Shown here: positions 27,385 through 38,197 of the stretch, one piece after another
Position numbering within the stretch: position 1 is the first letter of the stretch
How the letters are laid out: the number at the start of each line of letters is the position of its first letter
Program-made: the position numbers and the translations under genes
DNA from: Diadema antillarum
Taxonomy: Eukaryota
Assembly (NCBI RefSeq): GCF_040938485.1
Contig: NW_027271598.1
Location: forward strand, 3,348,001-3,412,000
Direction: 5' to 3'
Length of the DNA: 64,000 bases
Notes under the pieces: model-generated
What the model was told of the DNA's origin: nothing
The model's database searches: none
Seen by the model: only the letters and a program-made list of their open reading frames with translations

Positions 27385-27618
27385 TCAATGGGTTTCTGTA
27401 TAAGGCAGTTGCAAGTGGGTTTTCAGCCAATCTGCATTCTCCGCTAGCCAAGACACGGAGGGGACGTCTCTGTCGTGCGTCCACAGCGAGACAGTGTGGT
27501 AGCCAATTAATTTGAATTGTCTGCTTGGGTTAGCTTGCAAGAGCTGCAGAAATCTTGCAGTATGCGAAGCTCCTTCATAGGCACAGGGCATAGGATCATT
27601 GAGATTGCCAATTAATTC
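27385..27618 (-). other. Candidate terminal coding exon of an unrecognised gene (or a regulatory element)
   Basis: Pyrimidine tract then CACTCAG|GAA TTA ATT; 77 codons to TGA; GC/CpG-richer than its flanks; no recognisable homology. Confidence 0.3.
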
Positions 27619-28946
27619 CTGAGTGAGGGAGAGAGGAGGAGGAGGAGGAGATAATATTTGCCTCAGATATAAAAGAGTCCTATTATTTCTGTACTTAAAG
27701 TTGTCTGGAATGAGAATTACTTGAAACAGCATTCGTTCGGGCAATTACAGAGAAACATTAGTGCAATTTCTTGAGGCTGTAATTGCAGGCTAGCCCTTGG
27801 AGAGAAATCTATCTTCAATTTGTCTACAATTGCATGATGCTCCTCTCTCATTTCAGTTAGAAATTGGCTCTTGATGTAAATGAGGCTCTTATAATATCCA
27901 AATGCATGAAGCATTCCCCCTGCCTTCATTTGCACATTGATATACTATCTGGTTGAGATGGTAATGGCTGTACGTGTGCCAATGTGCATGTATACTTTTG
28001 TCTGACAGTGTGGAAATCTTCTTGTGCAATTGAGAAATGCATGTGTGAACCAGTGTATCTGTTTTATCCATGTGAGTGTCTGTATTTATGGGTCTGTCAA
28101 TGCAAATTCCCAACAGTACTACCAGTGTATAAGATGTTACATGTCATAATTGCTTGTAGAATTCAGAGCAAAGCAGATTCCACTGTGTAAACACTTGTGT
28201 TATTTTTCTGCAATTTATAATTATTTATGATTGATAACAAAACAAGGCATCTACATAGAGAAAGACATGCAAACCTGCTCTGTGATAATGCAGGGTAATG
28301 TTGGGTTATAATGTGTCTATGTAAGATTATTGTACTAAACAAGTTGGCAGTGACATACCATGTATATTTTACTTTAATTTGGCTACATTTTCGTTGACTA
28401 CAATTGGAATTTCTCAATTCCCCTTATGAAAGGAATTTGACGTTATCACACACAAATCTTTGAGCACATACATTTATTCCTTGGATGCTGCGATAATTCC
28501 ATACAAGGGAGAGATCACTTCACGTTGTGTGTCAATGTGGAGGAAATTTAACATGTCACAATTAGAGGCAAAAAGACAACTTCTCCACTTATTTGGTCAC
28601 AGCAAAGTACCATACAAGAACATCCTTCTTCTTTGTCAAAAATTTGCCCCTATTCTTAATTATGATTTAAATAGGGTCATACCAGACCAAACTGTACAAA
28701 ACAAAGTTTCGATCTTTCTCTTTCCCCATGCCCACATAGTAAAGGAAGCAATTTTGGGTTTACTGTGTCTCAAGGCCCACTCCATATCTGACTACAGGTA
28801 CCCAAAAGTCCATCAGAAAGTGAAATGTAAAAGATTTTGCTCAGCAAATGAGGCTCTCAAGCTTGTAGGAAGTGATACAGTGAAAGAGTATAGAGGCATG
28901 GTACTAGGGATCATTTGTAAAGTATGGTCATGCTTTTGAAGGGGTA

Positions 28947-29156
28947 CAGTAAAAGTGAAAATTTTCATGGTGTTGAAATTTTTTGCGCATTTCATGCAAC
29001 CAGAAACTAGTGTGAAAATAAAAGCAAACAAATATTATTGCTTGCCATATGTTCCAGTAGTTCATGTCTTGATTCCACGGAATTAAAAACATGCAAAACT
29101 CATCTTATCTGGCCGAGTACGAAAAATCACTCACATGAAAATATCCACTTTTACAG
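28947..29156. mobile_element. TA-flanked MITE (C[A/T]GTAAAAGTG termini, Tc1/mariner-like)
   Basis: TA|CAGTAAAAGTGAAAATTTTCATG ... CATGAAAATATCCACTTTTACAG. Confidence 0.7.
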
Positions 29157-29274
29157 ATTTCCACATGATGATTAATCACTGCTTTGTATTTGAAAACCAT
29201 CTAGTGCTGATAACACATCATCTCTCTTTATGTTAAAGAATCAAAGGCGTGATAAAAAACAAAAACAAAGAGTA

Positions 29275-29492
29275 TTGTAAATGTAGATATTTTCACGGTA
29301 CATTAATTTTTGCATATTTTGCACTACTTCCGGCTCGCTGGAATTCTAAAACCTGCGAAAATATCTTCACAATTTTCTCTGCACATTTTGAATGGGTTAA
29401 CAATTGTGCAGGTCAAGGTCAAGAACCTGCGAATACATTTTTAAGCTGCTCAGCGCGAAAAATTAATCACGTGAAAATATTGACGTTTACAG
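29275..29492. mobile_element. TA-flanked MITE, internally deleted and CpG-decayed relative of 63585-64000
   Basis: Ends GTGAAAATATTGACGTTTACAG; two blocks align in reverse orientation to 63585-63655 and 63940-64000. Confidence 0.75.
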
Positions 29493-30283
29493 CAATGAAG
29501 TTACGGGCCACATAAGTGTAGATTTCTATATCTTAACTGAAGGAAAATATTTCATTTGTTGTGCTGATTGTGTTACTTTGGGATGAATTCTGGTTATTGA
29601 AGAAATGTGTATATCATTGTAGCTGTGATTTTTTAGGGGATTTGTTTAGCCATGATTTACTGATATATTCAAATATAAGAATACAGTTTCTTCAAAAAAC
29701 TGAGAAACAAGATATTCTCTTTAACCTGCTTCTACTAAACACATTTCAATATGTGGACTCCCATGTGGTCTTTCCAGCTGTCTTGAACAACTGCTGTGAA
29801 AAGAAAAGCACAATTGACTGGAATGTGTCAGGAAACTATTCATTCAATATTTAATTGCATAATGTAAAATAGAAAACATTGGGTAATCTGTTACTATCAA
29901 ATTTGTATGCTTTAGAATTAGACACCAGTCCAGATGGTGTATCATGCATTTTTTTCTCTCTCTCTCCTTTTTGTATGTTTTTTTTTTTTTCTTGCTTGCG
30001 TGCTTGCTAGGGAAATGTGACACTTGATATAGAAAGAAAAAGAAGTGAATAATTATGCTCAAATTAAATATATTTTCAGTCTGACTAGCAGATATGTTGA
30101 TAAGATCTTCATCAATTTTCTAAGAAGTGGATGGTCTTTCAGCGTGTGTGACATTCCGAAACCAATCAGTACTTTGCCATAAAATCATGAGCCAGTCATC
30201 CTGAGATACATATTGTTTTTTAGGTTCCCATGGCATAAAGTGGAGGAGAGCAGTGTATAGTGAGAGTAAAAAATTGGAAGTTC

Positions 30284-30461
30284 CAGGGCTGCCAACACTC
30301 ACTCATTGAGAGTGAGACTCACTCATTTTGGTCCTTTCTCACTTTAAAACTTTATTTCATTTGCGTGCATTTCTAGTGATCTCACTCATTTTGACTCCTA
30401 AATTATAGCATTAGCCTATGGGAGTCTCACTCTCAACTAGTTTCCAATGTTGGCAGCCCTG
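30284..30461. mobile_element. hAT-like MITE with 6-bp TSD
   Basis: Perfect 13-bp TIRs CAGGGCTGCCAAC / GTTGGCAGCCCTG; AAGTTC on both flanks (also readable as an 8-bp GAAGTTCC TSD with AGGG termini). Confidence 0.85.
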
Positions 30462-31904
30462 AAGTTCCTTTTGCTCCATGCCTATTGCTATGTATCTATC
30501 AGTGTCATGAAAGCTTGTTTCCCATGCCACATTCTCTCATTACTGAAAAGTCGCATACAATGTATTATATCTTGGATGAGTAAAGTCTCTCGTCAGTGTG
30601 TGAACACGTTTCTGAACATATATAGCTCTTGTATGAGATGTTTTCTCACCAACGGAATCATGCACACTTTGTTTGCTGTCGTGGAATTAGTGCCAAGTGA
30701 GTGACTATAAGTTCTCTAACTGGATATTAAAATCATTACACAGTTGGTATGTGCACATTGATAAAGCAAGGAATGAGTTCCTTGCAAGAGCCAGTAGGTC
30801 TTTTCCCACACCTTGTATGCACAAAAAAAAATCCCGCTTCATGCAAATCTAGGCAAGATGATGTTTTCTTATCTCAAGAACAGGAATGGTAATTCTAGAG
30901 TAGTAGAATGATCAGTCACTGAAAATTGATAATTTTATGAAGTAAATTCAGCCTAAATTTGATAACCTGCTTCAAAATCTAGTAATACATTTCAATGCAA
31001 ATCCATGATGTAACAAACCGGAGTGGCTTCCCTGCAAAATGATAACTGAATTAATCAGTACAAATGTCTTCTGAGCATGGGTATATCAAAGTACTCAACA
31101 GTGGCTGTTATGAGAGTAAAAAAAAAAAGAATAATGTTTCTTTGGCAACTTTGAGTGTGCTTATATCAGTCTTAGTCAAGTAGAATGTAGCATTGATATG
31201 GGAGGGGAGAGGGGCTATTACTGGCGAAGTGTGAAGAATTTATAGATGCAATCATAAAGTTCCAAAATATTTGATGTATTTCCAGAACTAATTTTGATAT
31301 CTATTTTGTACACCATTGTGTTTGGTAAATATTCTGCAAGTCTGATGGATTAAATGTTATTTATTCACAATTCTTTTTAGAACTGTCATGCCGTCTTCTT
31401 CAGTAGCGTGTGTACAAGAATGATGCTGAGCAGCGTGTCTGGTATGATTATGTCAATGAAGTTGAGATGTTGATGTAGCACTGTACATGTATATTGCTGG
31501 CTGAGAACCAGAAGGCCTTTAGTGCAATTTTTTTGGGGGTATGTATTGAGTTATTGGTATCATGTTGTAGAGTTCGATCTCCTCTTCATTATGGTGTCAA
31601 TCTTAAATTAATTATTTTCATTTTCAGTTAAATATTAAAAGAATCAAAACCACAAGGGCATTATTTTACTCGATAGTTGGAACAATGCTGATAAATCTAC
31701 CCACTTTTGATTACATCAACTTTTTATTTCATGAAGATTGTTTCATTTTCATTTATGCTCAAATCTTGGAATGCGATAGCGCCCTTCTAGTTCTCAGCTG
31801 ACAATACGTGACCCTGTTGATGTCCAGGGAATGTAGAATGTGGATGCTCAGGTAGTGATACTGATGATGATTTTACTAGATCAGTGAGGATTGTGAGAGC
31901 AATG

Positions 31905-32208
31905 CAGAGACTCCAACCCCAAGCACCTTCTGATCTGGAGATTCTCCCGCCCGAAACCCCTAGCAAACGGGAGACTCCAAATTGATGTGTGCGAAGCGCG
32001 AAGTTCCTAGGATTCTAGATGTTCTCTGGTGCTATCTCAAGGCTTATTTTTTCAACATACGATAGAAATAAGTAAGAAATCCTTTCCACCGGGAGACACA
32101 GAGCCAGGGCGGGAGAAATCAAATCTCAAACGGGAGAACGGGAGATTGTGCAAAAATGGGCTTTCGGCGGGAGATCTCCCGTCGAAAACGGGAGAGTTGG
32201 AGTCTCTG
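31905..32208. mobile_element. hAT-like MITE with 6-bp TSD
   Basis: Perfect TIRs CAGAGACTCCAAC / GTTGGAGTCTCTG; GCAATG on both flanks; subterminal CGGGAGA repeats. Confidence 0.85.
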
Positions 32209-32987
32209 GCAATGAGCTATGGATGATGAAAGAGGAGTTAATGGCGATGACAGATAACCTTGCGTAGACAAAAATTATGATCAATATATTATAATGTATA
32301 CATAACAGTATTATTGTGTTCTTATGTTCTTATGTGTTTGGCAAGTTTTGATATACACTACACGTAAGGAGAGAACTATGTCAGGGCGGAATCTTGAAAT
32401 TCGATTCCCCCCCCCCCCCCCCCTTTTTCCTTTTTATTTTTGACGAGACAAAAGTGTGTGTGGGGGGGTGGGGGGGGTTTCACAGCCCCTGATAACTGAG
32501 AATCAAATTTTAGTTTTAGAATTTGACTGCTTTGCCTGTTATATCCAAACACTAGACAGTGATACCCATCACATAATATAGGAGTACAAATTACAGTGGC
32601 ACTGCCTAGCAAGTCTCCAACTGGTTGGACACAAATCTTCAACAACAACAAAAATCATACCCTTGCATCAAATTACCCAAGTATTTTTACCCTTTAAAAA
32701 AATATAGATGATAAAATATGTCCTCTTCTCACCTTCGTAAGAGCACTGTGATAGTGGAGGTTCATGGATAGACCTTGGAGGTACCCTCCTTGGATAGACG
32801 CATGAATGAGCTATTCTGGAAGAAAGGGGGCGTGTCCTGCCAAAGAAATTCCCAGGGCCTTCGCAGCATGTTGGTTGTGTACATAAATGTACCACTTATT
32901 AGTAATGCATGCGTGGGTGGGATGCACTGTCTCGAATGGTCCAAACAAAGGTCATACATACGTGACTTATACTGCTGTGTCGTCGTC

Positions 32988-33169
32988 ATGGATATGTCTG
33001 TAATTTCCTGGTTTTGGGCAATCACTACAGGCCTTTTCATACTTGTAGGGTTAGGCCACAGAATTTATAGATTTCTTCCAACCATTGCGAGAGATGCAAT
33101 CGTATATGGTAAACTACAGGACAAGACCCAGCGCTCGAGTTCGTTGCAACTTTTGCTTGTGCCTAAAAG
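32988..33169 (+). CDS. SRD5A3: Polyprenol/polyprenal reductase SRD5A3, exon 1
   Basis: MDMSVISWFWAITTGLFILVGLG...DAIVYGKL...LLVPK; YGK and VPK(R|WF) are family motifs; donor AG|GTGAGC. Confidence 0.88.
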
Positions 33170-33730
33170 GTGAGCATAACACAGTCCCATGTATTAGTTT
33201 ATGCGTACCGCGGACATATAGTGTCTTAGTTTATGTGTTGCACCGTTGGTTTACATGATATAAATTTACCGGGATCGTGGGATAGGACATTGGATTTGGA
33301 GTTTTTGGAATTTGACTAGGTACTACACAAAACATGAATTTTACAAACGTAATTGTTCACATGATCTTAACTGACATGTCCACAGATCTGAGACTAAATT
33401 TACATAATTTAATGCGTGGGCGCAACATGAACAGTAATACCACCGAGTTCACTCAAATAATGATAAAATATGAAATATAATACATTGTAATAATAATGAT
33501 TATCATTATTATTATGGATTGAATATTGGTATTATCATTATTATATTGTAAAAAGATATCATTAATATTATCGTCATCATCATCATTATTATTATTATTG
33601 TAAAAAGATATCATTTATATTATTGTCATCATCATCATTATTATTAATCTGGATCGTGATCAATGATTGGAACAGGCATTTAATTTCCTTTGTTTTGCAT
33701 CCACACCATCAATGATAATATCTGTCACAG

Positions 33731-33882
33731 GTGGTTCCTTCACTTCTACCTTTTGTCATTCATCTGGAATGGAATGACCCTGGCTATCACTCTTCGCTTT
33801 GTGCTGCAGGGAAATCCTTTCCCAGCATGGTATGTGAGGGTGCTGGAGACACTTACAAATTATCCCATTTCTACCCCAAGAG
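33731..33882 (+). CDS. SRD5A3: SRD5A3, exon 2
   Basis: CACAG|G TGG TTC CTT CAC TTC TAC (RWFLHFY motif); donor AGAG|GTAAGG. Confidence 0.9.
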
Positions 33883-34113
33883 GTAAGGTTTCTTATCAAC
33901 AATTCATTCAACTCCACCCTGTAGATATTCCATTGAAGTAAAACCTATTTACGAAAAGAGCATTGCACCACAAAGCAACGAAAGAAAGCATTGCATTTTA
34001 AATATTGATTTTGCAGATTCTCAATTTTTCATGAGTTTGGCTAGTTAAAATTGCCATTTATGAAAACCAGGTGAAGATCACAAAAGAGCAGTCATTGTGA
34101 CCAACAAATTTGC

Positions 34114-34520
34114 AATTTACAGATCAGCAGTTGCGATCTTAACAAATCTAATTTGCAGAGGGAGACAAATTGAAGAAACTCTCCCCTGAAACTTCACCCC
34201 TCTGAATAACAGATTTTTCTTTCATTTAATATGCCTTGTCCGCCTTGGATTACTTAACATAATAATGTCGGAATTTCGGAGCTTGGGTATTTGTTCCATG
34301 TTTATCGTGCCACTGCCGGCAACCAGGAACAGCCTGGTGGTAGTGTTGCTGCCCGGAAAGCAGTAGATGACAGGTTCGAATCCCACTGGTTCCTTTTTTC
34401 CAACATGTTTGTTAATTTACAGATCAGATTGCGATCTTAACAAATAAATTTGCAGAGGGAGACAAATTGAAGAAACTCACACCTGAACCTTCACCCCTCT
34501 GAATGATATCTTTCTTTCAT
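34114..34520. repeat. Direct duplication of about 110 bp (34114-34225 and 34414-34520) flanking the tRNA-like segment
   Basis: AATTTACAGATCAG...GCGATCTTAACAAAT...GCAGAGGGAGACAAATTGAAGAAACTC...CTTCACCCCTCTGAAT occurs twice, 300 bp apart. Confidence 0.85.
34321..34399 (+). pseudogene. Degenerate tRNA-derived sequence (SINE head or tRNA pseudogene) followed by T6
   Basis: A-box-like AGCCTGGTGG, B-box GGTTCGAATCC, hairpin GCTGC-CCGGAAA-GCAGT, T6 at 34394-34399; acceptor and T stems pair poorly. Confidence 0.5.
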
Positions 34521-35122
34521 AAAAATTTGCAATTTATTTCTCATTTCCTGACATATAACACTGAAATCAAATGGAGCAACATCATATGAAACTATTTGTT
34601 GACTCCTTCAGTCCTACGAGCAATAGTAAATAAACATTGTCAATAAGATTCCAAGTTCAGTTTAAAGAGATGGCATGTTACAAGCTTGACAATTAATATG
34701 TCACATGTAATTAGATGGAAGCATTAGAGATATATTGTAATGTGTCATTGGGTTTACGCTCTGAAATGACATCATGTTTATAACAACAAATGCACACAAA
34801 AAACAGAAAAACACAGAAGTGCATGTGGAATTACATATATAATACAATAGGTATAATTTGGTTTTATTCCATTGAAAGTACTGATATCAGCAATAATTTG
34901 ATTTTTCTTCAATTGTTGCATTAAAGTTTGTGTGTTCGTTTCATGAATCATGTGAAGTACATAATTATGTCACATGGATGGGGTATAAACACTATCACCT
35001 GCACTTTGCTTCCAATCTATGCAATAGAAGCTGAGGCTTACAAGTATCAAGTATTTGTTTGACATGTTTCTCAAGCTCCCTTACTCCTGATAACCATATT
35101 TCTGTCCCTCACACCCCCACAG

Positions 35123-35314
35123 TGGATCTACTGAGCATCACCATTGCCATAATGGTGATAGTGGTTCATGCATTCAGGAGGATATTGGAGTGCTTGTTTG
35201 TCAGCGTGTACTCCAAATCCAACATGCATGTGGCCCACTATCTGGCGGGAATATTCTTCTACTCGCTTCAGGGATTCAGCATCATTGGCGAGGGGCCACA
35301 AGTACACAGTGAAG
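35123..35314 (+). CDS. SRD5A3: SRD5A3, exon 3
   Basis: CACAG|TG GAT CTA; HAFRRILECLFVSVYSKSNMHVAHYLAGIFFY matches the family RRLxECxxVSVFS motif. 3' end placed at GAAG|GCGAGT (GC donor); a weaker in-phase GT donor lies 6 nt upstream. Confidence 0.85.
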
Positions 35315-35807
35315 GCGAGTGTGGACATTGGTTAACTTGGTGTGTTTTCCTGGCTTTGAAAAGAGGAGCTTACAATTTGCTTGACCATTACAATTTGGCA
35401 GTTTACAGAATTGAATGCCTGTGGCAAGTGTCCACACTTAAATTCATGTTTCCAATAAAGTAAGTGTTTTTCCCAGTATGGGCATATCAGATTTCAGATC
35501 TGAATTCCTTGCTATTTTTACTACAGGTTTCTTGATCACTGTTTGTATATGTGCCCTCCTTGATGGAAGATAGTGAACAGATCACCATGATACAATACAA
35601 CATGTGCTTCTATGCTGTTTGATACATCATACGTTGAGCGAAAGAAAGCGAGGCTTTTATGACAAATGCAGTTGATACTTGAATGAATGGCAATTGGAGT
35701 TGAAGGTTGTTCACACTAGTGCATCTAGCAACACCATCACTATTTTATCACTGGTTTGTCACTGTTAACTTGCATTACCATCAAATGTTGAAGCTAGGGT
35801 GTTTTAA

Positions 35808-36317
35808 CTCTTTGTGTGCCATGGTGGAAACCCCCTGTGTGCCACGTTATTCTGAGACACGAAGGTAGTCATGCTTTGAGAAAGAATTCTGTTTTTCCAA
35901 TTTGTATAATTTCAACAAATTTCTGTTAAGATAGGCATAATAGCAGGCAAACTTAAAGAGGACTGCCAAGCTTTGTCTCGATATAAATGGTATGACGAAT
36001 CTATTTTCAATTTTTCTTTTGAATTACCACTTGCTATACTACTGTAAAGGCATGACTTTTGCACATGAAACCGTGACAGTAACTTAGAATGTACGAGCAA
36101 ATCTAGTTGGGAACACCGCTTGATAGTCAATCACCACATAGAATGCAAGCCGTATATGAGAGGAACAAAAGCACGAGAAACGCTTTCATTGCGCCGCGGG
36201 ATTAGCAGTGATTAGCCGATTTACCGATCGGTTTTGGCGGCTTTGTTTGTTGAGCAGAATATGCGAAGTTGGCACGCCATCGACTGAGGTGGAAGTGCGA
36301 ACGTGGCACATAAAGAG
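35808..36317. mobile_element. TTAA-TSD MITE (piggyBac-like) in SRD5A3 intron 3
   Basis: TTAA|CTCTTTGTGTGCCA ... TGGCACATAAAGAG|TTAA. Confidence 0.8.
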
Positions 36318-36515
36318 TTAAACATGTATCATTGCAAAACTAAAATACAGCGATTGTAGCTACCTTTAAAGCACTTGGCTGTAGCAGATATCCAAGACCA
36401 ACAGGTATGCAGTAAGCAATACATTGTATTAAATTCTCCATGCATACTATTCTTGGAAGAGCTGCACAAAATTGGGAAGTAATAGGTGTTATTCTTTTGT
36501 TCATTGTCACAACAG

Positions 36516-36653
36516 GTGTTCCTCATACTATGTCTGAAATGATGAAGAACCTCAGAGTGAATCACATCGTTGGGGTGTTAGTGTTCCTCTGGGCCAGCTG
36601 GCATCACCACAGGGCTCATGAAATCTTTGCCAGCCTCAGATCCACAGCCAAAG
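36516..36653 (+). CDS. SRD5A3: SRD5A3, exon 4
   Basis: AACAG|GT GTT CCT; HIVGVLVFLWASWHHHRAHEIFASLR; donor AAAG|GTAGAT; phase 1-1. Confidence 0.9.
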
Positions 36654-37188
36654 GTAGATCATGGACCTAGGTCCATGGGTAGATGAACTGAGCGTTGTAA
36701 CATTCCAGTTTCAGTTATTGTGCTGTGGTGTCAATGCATTCTGTCACACTAATGATTTTCATGCAGGACCTTTGTCACTGAACCTTCCTTGTTTACAAGT
36801 TGTTCGCAAATGGGAGTATTTCTGTTCATTCACCAACTTTGATCACATTTTTTTATGTTGTCCAACACTTCTGTAAGGATATTTTTATATTTTGAACTGC
36901 TTTGTGAGGTAATTTCATCTTCGAAATCATACTTTGTTTTACATACCACTTAAAAACTTATTTCTCTATCATATATCAATTTACAGTCTGTAAGCCAACT
37001 TTTCTGATGCATGCAAAAACTGTGTTTTCAAATTTTGTGACTTCTGCCTGAAACTGTCGTGCAAGGCCACATGTGTTGTCACTTTCTAAGTGAATTGAGG
37101 TTGTATCAACCATATAAAGATTTTGAAGATTTTTAACATTTACACTTTGAGATAGTTAACTGAGTCCACTCCATGTAATCTTCCTCAG

Positions 37189-37439
37189 ATGTCAACAGGC
37201 ACATGATACCAAGAGGTGACTGGTTTGAGTACGTCTCCTGCCCCCACTACCTGGCCGAGATCCTCATCTACATCTCCCTGGGTCTCATCCTGGGCCCCGC
37301 CCAACAGACCTGGTGGCTGGTTCTAGCTTTTGTGGTGTCCAACCAGACAGCCGCCTCCCTTGAGGTGCACCGCTGGTACCGTGCCAAGTTTGAGGATTAC
37401 CCCAAGGACAGGAAGGCCTTTATACCATTCATTCTTTAA
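37189..37439 (+). CDS. SRD5A3: SRD5A3, last coding exon
   Basis: CTCAG|AT GTC AAC; HMIPRGDWFEYVSCPHYLAEILIY...YPKDRKAFIPFIL*, the steroid 5-alpha-reductase C-terminal domain. Spliced protein about 304 aa. Confidence 0.95.
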
Positions 37440-38048
37440 GACCTCGTCACTCCACTCTACCAGTTAAAGTTTGTGGTGGATCAGTATGCCTTCTACTAGA
37501 GTGCAAGTAATCAATGAGAATGGTGCTACATGAGTTTGTGGCTGTGGCCACTGTAAGCCTAATTACAGCCAGTGTATGAAAATGCCAACAGTGCAATTTG
37601 ATTGATTCAGTGAAGTAAAGCAATTTAGATCTAACTTGTGTGTAGTTTATAAGTGCAAAGAAGATAACTACCCATTGGTTACTGTTGCTGTACCAGTCTC
37701 TTGTCATTTGTAGGTTGCACGTTTACAAGCTACTTACAGATTTAGCCTGTTGAGAATGTCCTTGTTGTGCATGTACATGTGTACAGTGCACGAAGTTAAA
37801 GGCATGCTGAGAAAAGAAACCTTTTAGGTGGTACTAAATCAAATCAATTTTTTACTGGGTTATTCAACTTCTCTCTGAACAGTTCCTTTCCGTATATGTT
37901 CATATATGTGATTGTCGGTTATGGCTTCGCTTTCTGGTGGTTGACTTTATGAAGTATCTCACATATGTAGGGTTCTTTATCTCATTTGTATGATAGTGAT
38001 AGCCTGATTCAAACTACAGAACCTCTATTTTAGCATTATGTACTCCAG

Positions 38049-38197
38049 GGCCCTGATGCAGAAAAAAGATGAAATCTAACTGAAGTCAGAAAATCAAACA
38101 GAAGTCAGGCATGAGCCATACACAATTGTGCATTCAGAGACTTACGTTTAATTTTTGTTTTAACTTATGTTCGATCTCAACTTTTATGCAACAGGGC
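38049..38197. mobile_element. Harbinger-like foldback MITE (CWG TSD family), copy 1
   Basis: CAG|GGCCCTGATGCA...TGCAACAGGGC|CAG; aligns with 41107-41268 and 48251-48388. Confidence 0.7.

Noticed and set aside
27717-27935. 72-aa - strand ORF as the exon preceding 27618
   Set aside because: Its available donors are phase 1 or 2 and cannot join the phase-0 exon without a stop; the acceptor is weak.
28460-28939. 159-aa ORF as a gene
   Set aside because: Non-ATG start, AT-rich codons, no recognisable motif or splice context.
30185-30187. In-frame TGA (MTGS*FYGKVLIGFG...) as selenocysteine on the - strand
   Set aside because: No known selenoprotein motif, no SECIS seen, and no supported exon structure.
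32775-32987. 71-aa N-terminal extension of SRD5A3 from the upstream ATG
   Set aside because: Similarity to the family begins at 32988; the extension is unrecognisable and overlaps the likely promoter.
34321-34393. Functional tRNA-Ser(GGA) gene
   Set aside because: Acceptor and T stems are mispaired, U8 and U33 are absent, and GGA is not a usual eukaryotic anticodon.
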